In this document: positions 37,818-48,874 of the stretch, in pieces
Position numbering within the stretch: the first letter of the stretch is position 1
Layout: every line of letters starts with the position of its first letter
From: Nitrospirota bacterium
Lineage (GTDB): Bacteria; Nitrospirota; Thermodesulfovibrionia; Thermodesulfovibrionales; JdFR-86
Assembly (NCBI GenBank): GCA_963721805.1
Contig: CAVRJY010000001.1
Location: 416,001-480,000, forward strand
Direction of reading: 5' to 3'
Length of the DNA: 64,000 bases
Position numbers and translations under genes: made by a program
The notes under the pieces: model-generated
What the model was told of the DNA's origin: nothing
Databases searched by the model: none
Seen by the model: the letters and a program-made list of their open reading frames with translations, nothing else

Positions 37818-39449
37818 ATGAAGAGGATTCACGACTGGAGCATCCGCACAAAGATACTAGCTTTTTCCATATTCATAAGTTTCTTCTGCATCCTGACGAT
37901 CCTGGGCGGCCTGCAGATGTTCCTTTACGGCAACATGATGGAGCAGAAGAAAAACGCCCTCAGAAACCTCGTCCAGACCGCTATCGGCATCATCGCGGAC
38001 TACGACGCGCGCGCCAAGGCCGGGCAGATGAGCCTCGATGACGCCAAGGAACGCGCCAAGCAGGCCATCAAGGGGCTCAGGTATAACAATGACGACTACT
38101 TCTGGATCAACGACCTCGACGCCGTAATCGTGATGCACCCGATCAAGCCCGAGCTCGACGGGAAGTCCGTCTATGACATGAAGGACCCCAACGGGAAGTA
38201 CCTCTTCCGGGAGTTCGTGCGCGTGGCGAAGGAAAAGGGCGAGGGGTTCGTGGACTATGAATGGCCCCGTCCGGGGAGCGCCAGGCCCGTGGCCAAGGCC
38301 TCCTACGTCATCCTCTACCAGCCCTGGGGCTGGGTCGTCGGCTCGGGGGTGTACATAGACGACGTCAAGAGCGCGCTCGTCTCGTTCGTGCTGAAGATCA
38401 TACTGATGTCCTCCGTGCCGCTGGTCATAACCCTGGTGCTCGCGCTCGTCATCTCGCGGCGGATAACGAAGCCGATGCAGGATGCCGTGGCAGTGCTCAA
38501 CGAACTCGCCGGCGGCAACATGGCCGTAGAGATCAGCTCCAACTCGGAGGACGAGACCGGAAAGCTGCTAGAGGCCATGGGCGCGATGGCGGGCCATCTG
38601 CGCGTGCTCGTGACCGAGGTGACGCGCGCGGCAGACAGCGTGGCCTCGGCCAGCAACCAGCTCAGCGCTGGCTCGGAGCAGATGAACCGGGGCCTCGAGC
38701 AGGAGAACTCGAGCGTCACCCAGATCGCGACGGCCGCGGCCCAGATGTCGCAGACCGTAATAGACATAGCCCAGAGCGCCTCGCACATGGCAACCTCGGC
38801 CGAGGAGGCCACCTCCAAGGCCCGCTCGAGCGGCGACGTCGTCGGCAAGTCCATAGGCGAGGTCAAGGCCATAGCCGACACCGTAAACGCCTCGGCCCGG
38901 ATGATAACCAGCCTCGGAGAGCGCTCCAAGCAGATAGGGGATATAGTCCAGGTCATCAAGGACATCGCCGACCAGACGAACCTGCTCGCGCTTAACGCCG
39001 CAATCGAGGCCGCGCGCGCCGGGGAGCAGGGGCGCGGCTTCGCGGTCGTGGCCGACGAGGTCAGGAAGCTCGCCGAGCGCACCGCAAAGGCAACCTCCGA
39101 GATCGGCGGGATGATAGACGCGATACAGCGCGAGGTGGGCGAAGCGGTCCGGGCGATGGATGACGGCACGCGGCGCGTCGAGACCGGCGTGCGGTACTCC
39201 GTCGAGGCCGGGACCGCCATAGACGGGATCGTTGCCACGGTGGACGAACTGCGGGGCGTCGTAGTCTCGGTCGCCACCTCCACGGAGGAGATGTCGAGCG
39301 TATCGGAGCAGATCAGCGGGGACATCGACCACATATCGACGATATCGAACCAGAATTCGGTCACGTCTTCGGAGGTCGCGCAGTCGGCATCGGAGCTCGC
39401 GAGGCTCTCGGCCGAACTGCAGCAGCTGGTCAGGCGGTTCAAGCTCTAG
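37818..39449 (+). CDS. Methyl-accepting chemotaxis protein (Cache sensor)
   Basis: TM-Cache-[43 protein letters not shown]. Confidence 0.97.
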   Translation: MKRIHDWSIRTKILAFSIFISFFCILTILGGLQMFLYGNMMEQKKNALRNLVQTAIGIIADYDARAKAGQMSLDDAKERAKQAIKGLRYNNDDYFWINDLDAVIVMHPIKPELDGKSVYDMKDPNGKYLFREFVRVAKEKGEGFVDYEWPRPGSARPVAKASYVILYQPWGWVVGSGVYIDDVKSALVSFVLKIILMSSVPLVITLVLALVISRRITKPMQDAVAVLNELAGGNMAVEISSNSEDETGKLLEAMGAMAGHLRVLVTEVTRAADSVASASNQLSAGSEQMNRGLEQENSSVTQIATAAAQMSQTVIDIAQSASHMATSAEEATSKARSSGDVVGKSIGEVKAIADTVNASARMITSLGERSKQIGDIVQVIKDIADQTNLLALNAAIEAARAGEQGRGFAVVADEVRKLAERTAKATSEIGGMIDAIQREVGEAVRAMDDGTRRVETGVRYSVEAGTAIDGIVATVDELRGVVVSVATSTEEMSSVSEQISGDIDHISTISNQNSVTSSEVAQSASELARLSAELQQLVRRFKL

Positions 39450-39527
39450 GGGCCGACTGGCCCCTTTCCTTCCGGCAATCGATCGGGCTGGTTGTCAGAA
39501 GCGCGCGAGTTAAGGTATGCTTTTCGC

Positions 39528-40385
39528 ATGACGTCCGAACCACTTGGCCTCGGCCATAAAGAGCTGCTATGGGCGCGCCTCAAGGGCGTGGGCACCCCTT
39601 TGTCTGAGTACTGCTTCTCGAACCTGTACCTGTTCCGGCAGGCGCACGCCTACGAGGTCGTGACCGACCGCGATATCCTGATACGGGGCCGGACGTATGA
39701 CGGCCGCACCCATCTGATGCCCACGGCGGATATCCGCGAGATGGACATCGAGTACCTCGCCGGGATGATGGACTGCTGCGACTTCATATACCCGGTGCCC
39801 GAAGACAGGCTCGGGCTGTTCCCCCCGGAGCGCTTCAACGTGGAGTTCAACGAAGGGGACTCGGACTATATCTACCTGACCGAGAAGATGAGCTCTTACG
39901 CCGGGCGCCGCCTGCACAACAAGCGGAACCTGCTTAAGCAGTTCACGTCCTCATACCGCCACGAGGCCCTCCCGCTTACGAACGACCGCCTCGGCGACGC
40001 GGAGCTCGTCTTGCGCGACTGGCTCGCCAACTCAGGCTTGGGGGACGAGGAGTCGGACTTCGGCGCGTGCCTTGAGGCCATCGGGCTCTACGAGCAGCTA
40101 GTGCTGTGCGGCGGGATATACTACGCCGAGGGCGAGCCGGCCGGCTTCATCATCGGCGAGGAGGTCACGCGCGACACGTTCGTGCTGCACTTCGCCAAGG
40201 CGCGCACGAAGTTCAAGGGGATATACCAGTACATATTCAACAACTTCGCCTCGATACTGCCGGAGTTCTACACCTACATGAACCTCGAACAGGATCTGGA
40301 CAAGGCCACACTGCGAGAAGCGAAATCGTCGTACCTGCCGGAGAGGAAACTCCGAAAGGCGAGAGTGAGTCTGCGGGTGAAATAA
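39528..40385 (+). CDS. DUF2156 / aminoacyl-PG transferase-like domain protein
   Basis: SEYCFSNLYLF, DYIY, HFAKA, NLEQDL..LREAKSSYLP. Confidence 0.8.
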   Translation: MTSEPLGLGHKELLWARLKGVGTPLSEYCFSNLYLFRQAHAYEVVTDRDILIRGRTYDGRTHLMPTADIREMDIEYLAGMMDCCDFIYPVPEDRLGLFPPERFNVEFNEGDSDYIYLTEKMSSYAGRRLHNKRNLLKQFTSSYRHEALPLTNDRLGDAELVLRDWLANSGLGDEESDFGACLEAIGLYEQLVLCGGIYYAEGEPAGFIIGEEVTRDTFVLHFAKARTKFKGIYQYIFNNFASILPEFYTYMNLEQDLDKATLREAKSSYLPERKLRKARVSLRVK

Positions 40386-40397
40386 GAGCATTTTTTC

Positions 40398-40668
40398 AAA
40401 GCGCTCCAAATCGTTTGATACGTTGTTGGGCATCGAAGACTCGCCCTCGGAGTACGCCCAGATAAGAAGTGACCTTCTTCAAAGCGCGCCAAATCGCTTG
40501 ATACGTCGTTGGGCATCAAAGACTCGCCCTCGGAGTACGCCCAGATAAGAAGTGACCTTCTTCAAAGCGCTCCAAATCGCTTGATACTGCGTTGGGCATC
40601 GAAGACTCGCCCTCTATGTACGTCACAAGACGCCCCCCGCGCCCCACGAGGTCAAAGGCATTGATTAG
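40398..40668 (-). repeat. R8: three tandem half-copies (83-bp period) of the long repeat plus its head
   Basis: AAAGCGC at 40398, 40481 and 40564; ends GGTCAAAGGCATTGATTAG. Confidence 0.92.
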
Positions 40669-40685
40669 AGCTATATAAAAAGGAA

Positions 40686-40761
40686 AGGGGGCAGGGGCCC
40701 CCTTTCTAGGTGAGCATGGTTTATGCCATGCGAATATGTAGAGGTGCCCGTGGCACCCCTA
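40686..40761. repeat. REP-like doublet with TGAGC-stem-GCGAATA linker
   Basis: GGGGGCAGGGGCCCCC...GTGAGCATGGTTTATGCCATGCGAATA...GGTGCCCGTGGCACCCCTA. Confidence 0.75.
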
Positions 40762-41646
40762 CTTGTTGGTGGCTGCCTGTTTGAGGCTGTCTTCTATTGC
40801 GCCGGGCGCGCCGGAGATCTTCATGAACGTGCCCATCGTGAGGTCCGGGAAGTCAAGGGCGATGCGGAACTTGCCGTGAAGCATATAGACTGCGCCGTCT
40901 CTGACGAGCATCTCGTAGGGCAGGTGGGCGGTGTGCTTGAGTTCCGCGGTGTCGATGACCTTCATGATCGCGGCGTCCGCGCCGTCGCCCCTGGTGATCG
41001 AGACGCCGAAGACCGACTCGCTCTTGCCGGGGATGTCGATCCTGTAGACCTTCGAGACGCCTGACGTACCCGAGCTGAGGCCGGCCTCGACGGACTTCAG
41101 CGCGGCGTCCTGAGAGCCGAACGAGGCGAGCCTGACCTGGTCGGTGAAGTACGGCATCATGACCATGTAGTGGTATTTGCGGAGGTCCGAGGCGGGGATG
41201 CCGTCTTCGGAGCCGAACGCGGTCTTTGCGCCGAGGGCCTTCTGCAGCGCCGAGGACACGTCGGTCAGGCTGTCTTGCATGCGGTAGGCCTGCGCGTAGT
41301 AAAGCGGGTTGGTGTATGCGATCTGAAGCCCGGCCGGGGTCTCGGTGAGCGATATGCGCACGACAGCGCCGTAACCGCCGCTCTCGGAGCGGGCCGCGGC
41401 ACGCTTAAGCGCGTCGCTGGTCACCGCGAGCAAGTGCGCGCCCTTGTAAGGCGCGTACTCCCCTGCGACCTGAAACCCCTCGCGTACGAGCGCGGCCTTT
41501 ACCTCGGGCAGCTTTGCTGCTACAGTGCCCGGCCCGCTTGAGGCAAGCACGTATGGGCGCAGCGCGTCGGCCGCGAAGGCCGGGGCCGCGAAGCCCGCGA
41601 GCGATAAGGCGGTGAGAAGCATAAAGACGATCGTTCTGATTTTCAT
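40759..41646 (-). CDS. Hypothetical exported protein
   Basis: Signal peptide ending AFA; AAGGAGG SD; no family recognised. Confidence 0.8.
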   Translation of the reverse strand: MKIRTIVFMLLTALSLAGFAAPAFAADALRPYVLASSGPGTVAAKLPEVKAALVREGFQVAGEYAPYKGAHLLAVTSDALKRAAARSESGGYGAVVRISLTETPAGLQIAYTNPLYYAQAYRMQDSLTDVSSALQKALGAKTAFGSEDGIPASDLRKYHYMVMMPYFTDQVRLASFGSQDAALKSVEAGLSSGTSGVSKVYRIDIPGKSESVFGVSITRGDGADAAIMKVIDTAELKHTAHLPYEMLVRDGAVYMLHGKFRIALDFPDLTMGTFMKISGAPGAIEDSLKQAATNK

Positions 41647-41742
41647 GTGAGTCCTCCTTCGGGGCGGTCGCCCGGTTAAGCAGTATCGAAACTACGATAC
41701 TAGTTTACCAGAAAACTGATCTCCGCGCCCAATGCGGGGCCG

Positions 41743-42819
41743 TTATGGGGAGGGGCCAGCCGGCGTATTTACGAGAGAGGGGCCAGCCGGCGCATTTACA
41801 AGGGAGGGGGCAGCCGGCCCCCCGAGGATGCGCTGGTATTCCTCGAAGGGTATCTGCGACTGCCAGTGGCCGGTCGCGGCCCCTATGGCTATGATGAGGT
41901 AAAACACGAGCACGACGAGCGCCGGAAACGCGAGGCCGAGCCAGCGGCCGCGGCGCCGGAACCTGCCCACCCGCACCGAGAGCTGAAGCGCGCCCTGCTC
42001 GGGGCAGCGGCTCACGCAGGTAAGGCAGCCCGTGCACTCCGGGGAGTTGACCTCTGTCTCGTCGTGGACCTCGATCAGCGAGGGGCACGCGGCGGTGCAT
42101 GAGCGGCAGCCGGTGCATCTCGCGGGGTCGCGGCTGACCTTAAACGGGCTTAGGAGCCCCAGGAGCCCCAGCAGCGCGCCATAGGGGCAGAGATAGCGGC
42201 ACCAGAAGTTTTTGTAAACGACCGAGAGCGCGGCGATCAGGGCTATCACGCCAAGCGCGGTGGCCGATATGCCGGTGAAGAACTCAAGCATCCGCACGTC
42301 GGCGGTCTTGTAGTAATCGCCCATGAAAAAAAGCAGGAGTATGGTCGCGCTCATGACGATCCAGATCAGGAAGATAAACGCGAACATGAGGAAGTATTTT
42401 ATGCTCCTTAGCGCGATGTCCGCGCTCTGCGGGAGCGCCGGGTTGCGGCCGATGAGCTTGCGGCCGAGCTTCCAGCACCACTCCGATACCGTACCCACCG
42501 GGCATATCCAGCCGCAGAACGATTTTCTGAGGATAAGGCTCACCGCTATGGCCGCGACGAACACAATGAGCGCCGCCGGGTGCAGCGGCTCGATCTCCCC
42601 CGAGACGAGCCATACCTTCAGCGACATCAGCCCGCTGATCGGCAGGAAGGCGTCCACACCCGAGGGCCGCTCGAGCACAGGGGAGCCGGGATGGCTGAAC
42701 TGAGCGACGAAGCGGTAGAGCACCCAGCCGATCCAGACAGAGAGCGCGACGAACCACAGCTGCACGATGCGCCTCATCGCGCGCAGGCGGATGCCGGTGT
42801 ATGCGGGGTCGGACTTCAT
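41743..42819 (-). CDS. Membrane 4Fe-4S binding protein (NapH/MauN-like)
   Basis: FCGWICPVG, WCRYLCPYG, CTGCRSCTAACP, CTGCLTCVSRCP. Confidence 0.9.
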   Translation of the reverse strand: MKSDPAYTGIRLRAMRRIVQLWFVALSVWIGWVLYRFVAQFSHPGSPVLERPSGVDAFLPISGLMSLKVWLVSGEIEPLHPAALIVFVAAIAVSLILRKSFCGWICPVGTVSEWCWKLGRKLIGRNPALPQSADIALRSIKYFLMFAFIFLIWIVMSATILLLFFMGDYYKTADVRMLEFFTGISATALGVIALIAALSVVYKNFWCRYLCPYGALLGLLGLLSPFKVSRDPARCTGCRSCTAACPSLIEVHDETEVNSPECTGCLTCVSRCPEQGALQLSVRVGRFRRRGRWLGLAFPALVVLVFYLIIAIGAATGHWQSQIPFEEYQRILGGPAAPSLVNAPAGPSLVNTPAGPSP

Positions 42820-43006
42820 GGTGATATTATCGCACAGGGGGGGTATCCTCACGCTATGAGCCTTGTCATACAGGGGGCCCGGCAGCTCCCTGTAAAAAAA
42901 ACTATTTCAAATGAGAAACAAACATGATAGAATCTTGCTTAACCTTCAAGATTGCACTTGAAACAATATTGCACCGCCGCGCGTTGCCGCTCTATCGGGA
43001 GACCAA

Positions 43007-45280
43007 ATGGACGATGCCGTGAAGACGCAGGCCGCCTCAAATGGCGGCGGGAGGCCATCGCTGGCCGTCTCGCTGGCAATTTATCTTGCCTCGACCGCGC
43101 TCGTGGCCTATGTGCTGCTGTTTGTGTTCCGCGGGCAGTTTATCCCGCTATCATTCGGCCTTCCGCTGCTATTGTGCCTGTGGCACAAGGACGTGCGGCT
43201 GCTCTGGCTCATGGCCGCGACCTTTATCGGCATGGCCGCGTACAACACTTTTTGGGTCTTGCCAGTGATCTCCCCGAGCGAATATGACAGACCGGTCCGC
43301 TGGCTGATGCACGTAACGAACATCGTCGTGATAGCCTCGGTGGTGCATGCGGTCATCAAGATGACCGGGCGGCTGCGGGCGCAAAACGCGCGGCTCGAAT
43401 TCGCGAACGCGGCTGTTCAGGAGAAAGAGGAGCAGTACCGCGACCTCTTTGACAGCATGAACGAGGGTTTCTGCATCGTCGAGGTAATCTTCGACCAGCG
43501 GGAAAGGCCGGTCGATTACCGATTCCTTAAGGTAAATGCGGCGTTTGAGAGGCAGACCGGGCTGCATGATGCCGAGGGGAGGCTGATGCGCGAGCTTGCC
43601 CCTGCTCACGAGGCCCACTGGTTTGAGATATACGGGAGGATCGCGCTGACGGGCGAGCCGGCACGCTTTACGGACGAGGCCCGGGCGCTTAACCGCTGGT
43701 ACGATGTCTCGGCATACCGGGTCGGCAGGCCCAAGGACAGGCATGTCGCGATCATCTTCAACGATATCAGCGGTCACATGCGGGCGGAGTCGGAGTTAAT
43801 CGAGAGCCGGGAACACTACCGCTCGCTGTTTGAAAACATGCCAAACGGCTACGCATACTGCCAGATGACATATGAAGGCGGCGTCCCGGCCGACTTCATA
43901 TACCTCGAGGTGAACCCGGCCTTCGAGACCCTTACCGGACTGAGAGATGCGGCCGGCAAGCGGGTCAGCGAGGTGATCCCCGGCATACGGCAATCGAGCC
44001 CGGCCCTTATCGAGACGTATGGCAGGGTCGCCGCGACGGGCAAGGCCGAGCGGTTCGAGGTCTATCTGGACGCTCTGGGCATATGGCTCGATATCACTGT
44101 CTACAGCCCGAAGAAGGAGCACTTCGTCGCGATATTCGACAATGTCACCGAGCGCAAGCTGGCCGAGGAGGCCCTGCGCGAGAGCGAGCAGCGGCTGCGG
44201 TATCACGTCGAGAACACGCCGCTTGCGGTCGTCGAGTGGGACGCCGGTTTCATAGTGACGCGCTGGGCGGGCGAGGCCGAAAATATCTTCGGCTGGAGCG
44301 CGGCCGAGACCGTCGGCAGGCCGATAATGGACCTGCATATGATCCTCGAAGACGACCTCCCCATCGTGCGAAATACTATGGAGAAGCTCACGGACGGCGT
44401 ATCGAGGCATGTCGTCTCGACCAACCGCAATTACACGAAGGACCGCAGGGTGATCCACTGCACGTGGTACAACACCGTGATGCCGGACGCCGCCGGGAAG
44501 ATGAAATCGGTCATGTCGCAGGTCCTGGACATCACCGAGCGAAAGAAGACCGAGGAGGCCATGCTGAGGATGAGCGGGGACCTTGCCCTGCGCAACGTGG
44601 AACTCGAGGCGATGAACAGGGAGATGGAATCCTTCATCTACTCGGTCTCGCACGACCTGCGCGCGCCGCTGCGGACGATCTCGGGGTTCATAAAGATCCT
44701 GACCCAGGACTGCGCCGCGCAGCTCGACCCCCAGGCCAGGGGCCATATGGCGCGGATCTACGGCGCCTCGGAAAAGATGAGCAGGCTGATCGAGGGCCTC
44801 CTGTACCTCTCGCACATATCCCGGCAGGAGGTCAGCCGCATCGGGCTTGACATGGGCAAGCGGGCATCGGCGATCATCGAAGGGCTGCGGGCCGCTGAGC
44901 CCGGCAGGCGCGTGGAGGCGAGCATTCAGGATGGCATGCTGGTCTCGGCCGACCCCGGGCTGGCCGATATCCTGCTTGCAAACCTGCTCGGCAATGCCTG
45001 GAAGTTCACCTCGAAGACCGAGGGCGCCACGATTGAGTTCGGCGCTGAAATCAAGGATGGCAAGACCGTGTACTATGTCAGGGACAACGGCGCGGGCTTT
45101 GACCAGGAGTATGCGGGCAAGCTGTTCAGGCCGTTTCAGCGCCTGCATTCCGCCGATGAGTTCGAGGGCACGGGGATAGGCCTCAGCATAGTGGAGCGGA
45201 TCATCCGGAGCCACGGCGGAAAGATCTGGGCCGAGGGCGAGCCCGGCAAGGGAGCCACGTTCTTCTTCACGCTGGATTGA
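43007..45280 (+). CDS. Multi-PAS sensor histidine kinase
   Basis: TM region, three PAS domains, SVSHDLRAPLR, NAWKF, GTGIGL. Confidence 0.95.
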   Translation: MDDAVKTQAASNGGGRPSLAVSLAIYLASTALVAYVLLFVFRGQFIPLSFGLPLLLCLWHKDVRLLWLMAATFIGMAAYNTFWVLPVISPSEYDRPVRWLMHVTNIVVIASVVHAVIKMTGRLRAQNARLEFANAAVQEKEEQYRDLFDSMNEGFCIVEVIFDQRERPVDYRFLKVNAAFERQTGLHDAEGRLMRELAPAHEAHWFEIYGRIALTGEPARFTDEARALNRWYDVSAYRVGRPKDRHVAIIFNDISGHMRAESELIESREHYRSLFENMPNGYAYCQMTYEGGVPADFIYLEVNPAFETLTGLRDAAGKRVSEVIPGIRQSSPALIETYGRVAATGKAERFEVYLDALGIWLDITVYSPKKEHFVAIFDNVTERKLAEEALRESEQRLRYHVENTPLAVVEWDAGFIVTRWAGEAENIFGWSAAETVGRPIMDLHMILEDDLPIVRNTMEKLTDGVSRHVVSTNRNYTKDRRVIHCTWYNTVMPDAAGKMKSVMSQVLDITERKKTEEAMLRMSGDLALRNVELEAMNREMESFIYSVSHDLRAPLRTISGFIKILTQDCAAQLDPQARGHMARIYGASEKMSRLIEGLLYLSHISRQEVSRIGLDMGKRASAIIEGLRAAEPGRRVEASIQDGMLVSADPGLADILLANLLGNAWKFTSKTEGATIEFGAEIKDGKTVYYVRDNGAGFDQEYAGKLFRPFQRLHSADEFEGTGIGLSIVERIIRSHGGKIWAEGEPGKGATFFFTLD

Positions 45281-45283
45281 GCG

Positions 45284-45685
45284 ATGGGGCCGCTGACAGC
45301 ACATAAGATACTGGTAGCCGACGACGACCCGGCCGACCTGGAGATGACGCGGATCGCGATCTCGAGGGCGGGCCTGGAGCTGAGGGTCGAGACGGTCGAC
45401 TGCGGGGAGGCCGCGCTCGATGCGCTCCGAAGGGGCGGCGAGCCGCCCGCGCTCGTAATGCTCGACCTCAAGATGCTCGGTATGAGCGGCATCGACACCG
45501 TGCTTAGGATGCGCGCCGACGAGCGCCTCAGGGATATCAAGGTGGTCATATTGACGAACTCCGTGCTGGACTCCGACAGGAACGCGGCCTACGCAGCCGG
45601 AGCGGACGGGTATATCCATAAGGCATTCGACATAGACAAGTTCGCGCGGGAGGTCAGGGCCGCCCTGCAGCGCTGGCTGCGGTAG
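45284..45685 (+). CDS. Single-domain response regulator
   Basis: ILVADDD, MLDLKM, ILTNS, YIHK. Confidence 0.92.
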   Translation: MGPLTAHKILVADDDPADLEMTRIAISRAGLELRVETVDCGEAALDALRRGGEPPALVMLDLKMLGMSGIDTVLRMRADERLRDIKVVILTNSVLDSDRNAAYAAGADGYIHKAFDIDKFAREVRAALQRWLR

Positions 45686-45710
45686 CAGAGAGAGTCGCCC
45701 GTGGCGCCCC

Positions 45711-46979
45711 CTAGAGCTTCGTCACCTTCAGCTTCAGGATCTTGCGCTCCTCCATCTCCATGACCAGGAACTTCAGGTCATGGAACCGTATCTGCTCCCC
45801 GACCTTCGGCAGCCGGCCGAACATCCCGAAGACGAGCCCGCCGATGGTGTTGAAGTCCTCGCTGCTTATGTCCGCCCCGACGAGGTCGTTGAACTCGTCA
45901 AGCGCGGTCTGCCCGGCGACGATGAACGTGTGCTCGTCGATGATCTCGACGTCCTTCTGGGCCTCGATAGCCTCGAACTCGTCCTGCAGGCCGCCGACGA
46001 TCTCCTCCATGATGTCCTCGAGCGTCACGAGCCCGGCCGTGCCGCCGTACTCGTCCACGACCACCGCGATATGGAACTTGCGCTTCTGCATCTCGTCCAG
46101 CAGCTCGGTGGCCATCTTGCTTTCCGGGATGTAGTAGGCCTCGCGCATGAACTTCGAGACCGTGTGGTCCTCGATGTCCGAGCCGGCCATGATCTTGATG
46201 AGGTCCTTGATATAGAGGATGCCGGTCACGTTGTCGATGGACTCGTGTATCACGGGGTAGCGCGAATACCCGTGCTCGCGCACGAGGGCTATCGCGTCGT
46301 GCACGGTAGCGCTCTCCTCGACGACCTTCATCTCGGTGCGCGGGACCATCATCTCAGAGACCTCCGTGTCGCCGAACTCGAATACGCGGTGCAGGAGCTT
46401 TTTTTCGTCCTCCTCGATGTTGCCCGTCTCCTCGCCGAGGTTGATCATCGTGCGGATCTCCTCCTCGGTGACGTTCGGCGCGCCGTGGCGCACCTTCAGC
46501 CCCACCGCGCGCAGGAAGAGCCCGGCCGTGGCGTCGAATATCCAGACCAGGGGGGTTATGAGCTTTATGTAAAACTGAAAGGCGCGCGCTATCTTCAGCG
46601 CGTAGCGGTCGGCGTGCGTCACGCCGATGGTCTTGGGGATCAGCTCCGCGAAGACGACTGTGATGAACGTCAGGACGGCGGTCGAGGCGAAGATGCCCCA
46701 CTGCTTGCCCACGTACTGGATCGCTATCGCTGCCGCAAGCGAGGAGGCGAGCACCGTAAACAGGCTCTGCGAGAGCGTAACCACGCCGAATATGCGCGTA
46801 AGCTGCTCGAGTATCGCGAGCACCGCCTGCGCGGCGGGGTTGCCCTTGTCCGCGAGCCCGCGGATGCGGATGCGGTTTGCGGCGATAAACGCGCTCTCGA
46901 TGCCGCTAAAGACCGCGACCGCCACAAGGCAGGCGGCGATCGCCAGAAACGAATAAATACCGGGAGGTTCCGTGGTCAC
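45711..46979 (-). CDS. Hemolysin/CNNM (CorC/TlyC-like) CBS domain protein
   Basis: [41 protein letters not shown]. Confidence 0.93.
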   Translation of the reverse strand: MTTEPPGIYSFLAIAACLVAVAVFSGIESAFIAANRIRIRGLADKGNPAAQAVLAILEQLTRIFGVVTLSQSLFTVLASSLAAAIAIQYVGKQWGIFASTAVLTFITVVFAELIPKTIGVTHADRYALKIARAFQFYIKLITPLVWIFDATAGLFLRAVGLKVRHGAPNVTEEEIRTMINLGEETGNIEEDEKKLLHRVFEFGDTEVSEMMVPRTEMKVVEESATVHDAIALVREHGYSRYPVIHESIDNVTGILYIKDLIKIMAGSDIEDHTVSKFMREAYYIPESKMATELLDEMQKRKFHIAVVVDEYGGTAGLVTLEDIMEEIVGGLQDEFEAIEAQKDVEIIDEHTFIVAGQTALDEFNDLVGADISSEDFNTIGGLVFGMFGRLPKVGEQIRFHDLKFLVMEMEERKILKLKVTKL

Positions 46980-48061
46980 TCCTGTTTCATCTTCCCGATC
47001 ACGGCCTCGGCCACGCGGGTGGTCGATACCGCGGTCGGGTCGTCGGGCATGGGCTTCATGTCGTATGTCACGTCTTTGCCCTCGGCGATGACAGCGGCTA
47101 TCGCGCCTTCCATCCTCGCCGCGGCCTGCATCTCGCCTATGTGGCGCAGCATCATGACGCCGCTGAGCATCATCCCGAAGGGGTTCATCTTGTTGAGGCC
47201 CTTATACTTGGGCGCGCTTCCGTGCGTTGGCTCGAACACAGCCATATTATCCCCTATGTTGGCCCCCGGCGCAAGCCCGAGCCCGCCGATCAGACCGGCC
47301 GCGAGGTCCGAGACGATGTCGCCGTAGAGGTTCGGCAGCACGAGGACGTCGTACAGCTCCGGCTTCTGCACGAGCTGCATGCACATGTTGTCTATGATGC
47401 GGTCCTCAAACTCGATGTCAGGGTAGTTCTTCGCGACCTCGCGCGCGACCTCCAGAAACAGCCCGTCTGAGTGCTTCATGATGTTGGCCTTGTGCACAGC
47501 CGTGACCTTCTTGCGCTTGTTGCGGCGCGCGTACTCAAACGCGAAGCGGACTATGCGCTCGGTGCAATGCACTGAAATGGGTTTGATACTGATGCCGCTG
47601 TCCTCGGAGATGACCTTCCCCGATGCGTTCTTGACGTAATCGATCAGGCCGAGCGCTCCGGGCGTGCCCTTCTGGAATTCGATCCCGGCGTAGAGGTCCT
47701 CGGTGTTCTCGCGCACGATCACGATGTCGATGTCCTCGTACCGCGTGCGCGCGCCCTTGAAGCTCCGGCACGGCCGCAGGCAGCTATACAAATCCAGCGC
47801 CTGGCGCAATGTCACGTTTACGCTCCTGAAGCCGGTGCCGACAGGGGTGGTGACAGGGCCCTTGATAGCGAGCTTGTTGCGCCTGATCGACTCGATCACG
47901 CGGTCCGGCATGGGGTTGCCTTCGGCCTTGAAGACGTCCTCGCCGGCCTCCTGCACTTCCCAGTTGAAAACCACGCCGGTCGCGTCGAGGACCATTCTAG
48001 TAGCTGATGCAATCTCCGGACCTACTCCATCACCCGGTATCAAAGTTACGTTATAAGCCAT
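46976..48061 (-). CDS. Isocitrate/isopropylmalate dehydrogenase family protein (likely isocitrate dehydrogenase)
   Basis: [48 protein letters not shown]. Confidence 0.92.
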   Translation of the reverse strand: MAYNVTLIPGDGVGPEIASATRMVLDATGVVFNWEVQEAGEDVFKAEGNPMPDRVIESIRRNKLAIKGPVTTPVGTGFRSVNVTLRQALDLYSCLRPCRSFKGARTRYEDIDIVIVRENTEDLYAGIEFQKGTPGALGLIDYVKNASGKVISEDSGISIKPISVHCTERIVRFAFEYARRNKRKKVTAVHKANIMKHSDGLFLEVAREVAKNYPDIEFEDRIIDNMCMQLVQKPELYDVLVLPNLYGDIVSDLAAGLIGGLGLAPGANIGDNMAVFEPTHGSAPKYKGLNKMNPFGMMLSGVMMLRHIGEMQAAARMEGAIAAVIAEGKDVTYDMKPMPDDPTAVSTTRVAEAVIGKMKQE

Positions 48062-48146
48062 GGTGAATAACCCTCCATCTTTTGGTTTAAATTGAACTCC
48101 AATTATCGCTTACAACCCCTTGGCATTTCAAGGTCGCGCACAGATG

Positions 48147-48326
48147 AAAGCGCGCCAAATCGCTTGATACTGCGTTGGGCTTCAAAGACTCGCCCTCTAT
48201 GTACGTCACAGTACACCATCGGGCGGTCTTCTCGCCCTGCCTTGTCTGAAGACGATTTGGGCGCGCTTTCGGGGGGCACGGAAGAAGTTCGCCCCCCGCG
48301 CCCCACGAGGTCAACGGCTTTGATTT
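48147..48326 (-). repeat. Long-hairpin repeat copy R9 (subfamily A)
   Basis: Core near-identical to R1. Confidence 0.95.
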
Positions 48327-48700
48327 GAGGCACGTTCGGATGCGCGGCTTAGGTATAGTTATGCATTCCGCGCGCGTGCGCGCGCATTTTTTTTAGAGCG
48401 TTCAAATGAACAAACAAAACAAGCTTTAACCCTGCGGAATTTCATTGCTTTTTGGCGACCTCCGTGTTCATGCGTTCAGAAACAGTTTTCACTCTGTCCA
48501 TCGGTCACTGTCGTTACTTTCAGCGCCATCAAAATGAGCATATCAGCCTCATCCCGTATTGAAGCACATCGAAATGAAAAATGCGATAACCTATGGTTTA
48601 TATATAAACCGAAGTTCATAGGAAAAATTGTCCCCCGTGCGTTTTCTATTAACTTTCGATTAACTGTGGTTAATGAGGGCGGAAACCACTGTGATAAATA

Positions 48701-48740
48701 TCTGGAATACTCTAGGCGGTTGTGGTATCTTTGAAGCATG
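48701..48740 (+). promoter_or_regulatory. Conserved motif P copy 2
   Basis: TCTGGAATACTCTAGGCGGTTGTGGTATCTTTGAAGCATG; 36/40 identical to copy 3. Confidence 0.75.
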
Positions 48741-48874
48741 TTATTAATTAGCGCAGCGGAAGAAATTATCCTGCTTCTATGAGAGCCAGTCATCCATAAT
48801 TATGTCGATTGGAACAATCAATCTATCCTCGCTGAAGATATTTTTTAAATCACAGTTATTTGAGGAAATAACTC

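Noticed and set aside
40398..40668. Possible CRISPR array here or at 31772-32024
   Set aside because: The intervening sequences are identical or alternating rather than unique spacers, and there are no cas genes.
48476..48793. 105-aa minus-strand ORF in the AT-rich island
   Set aside because: It runs antisense through motif P2 and has no SD or recognisable features.
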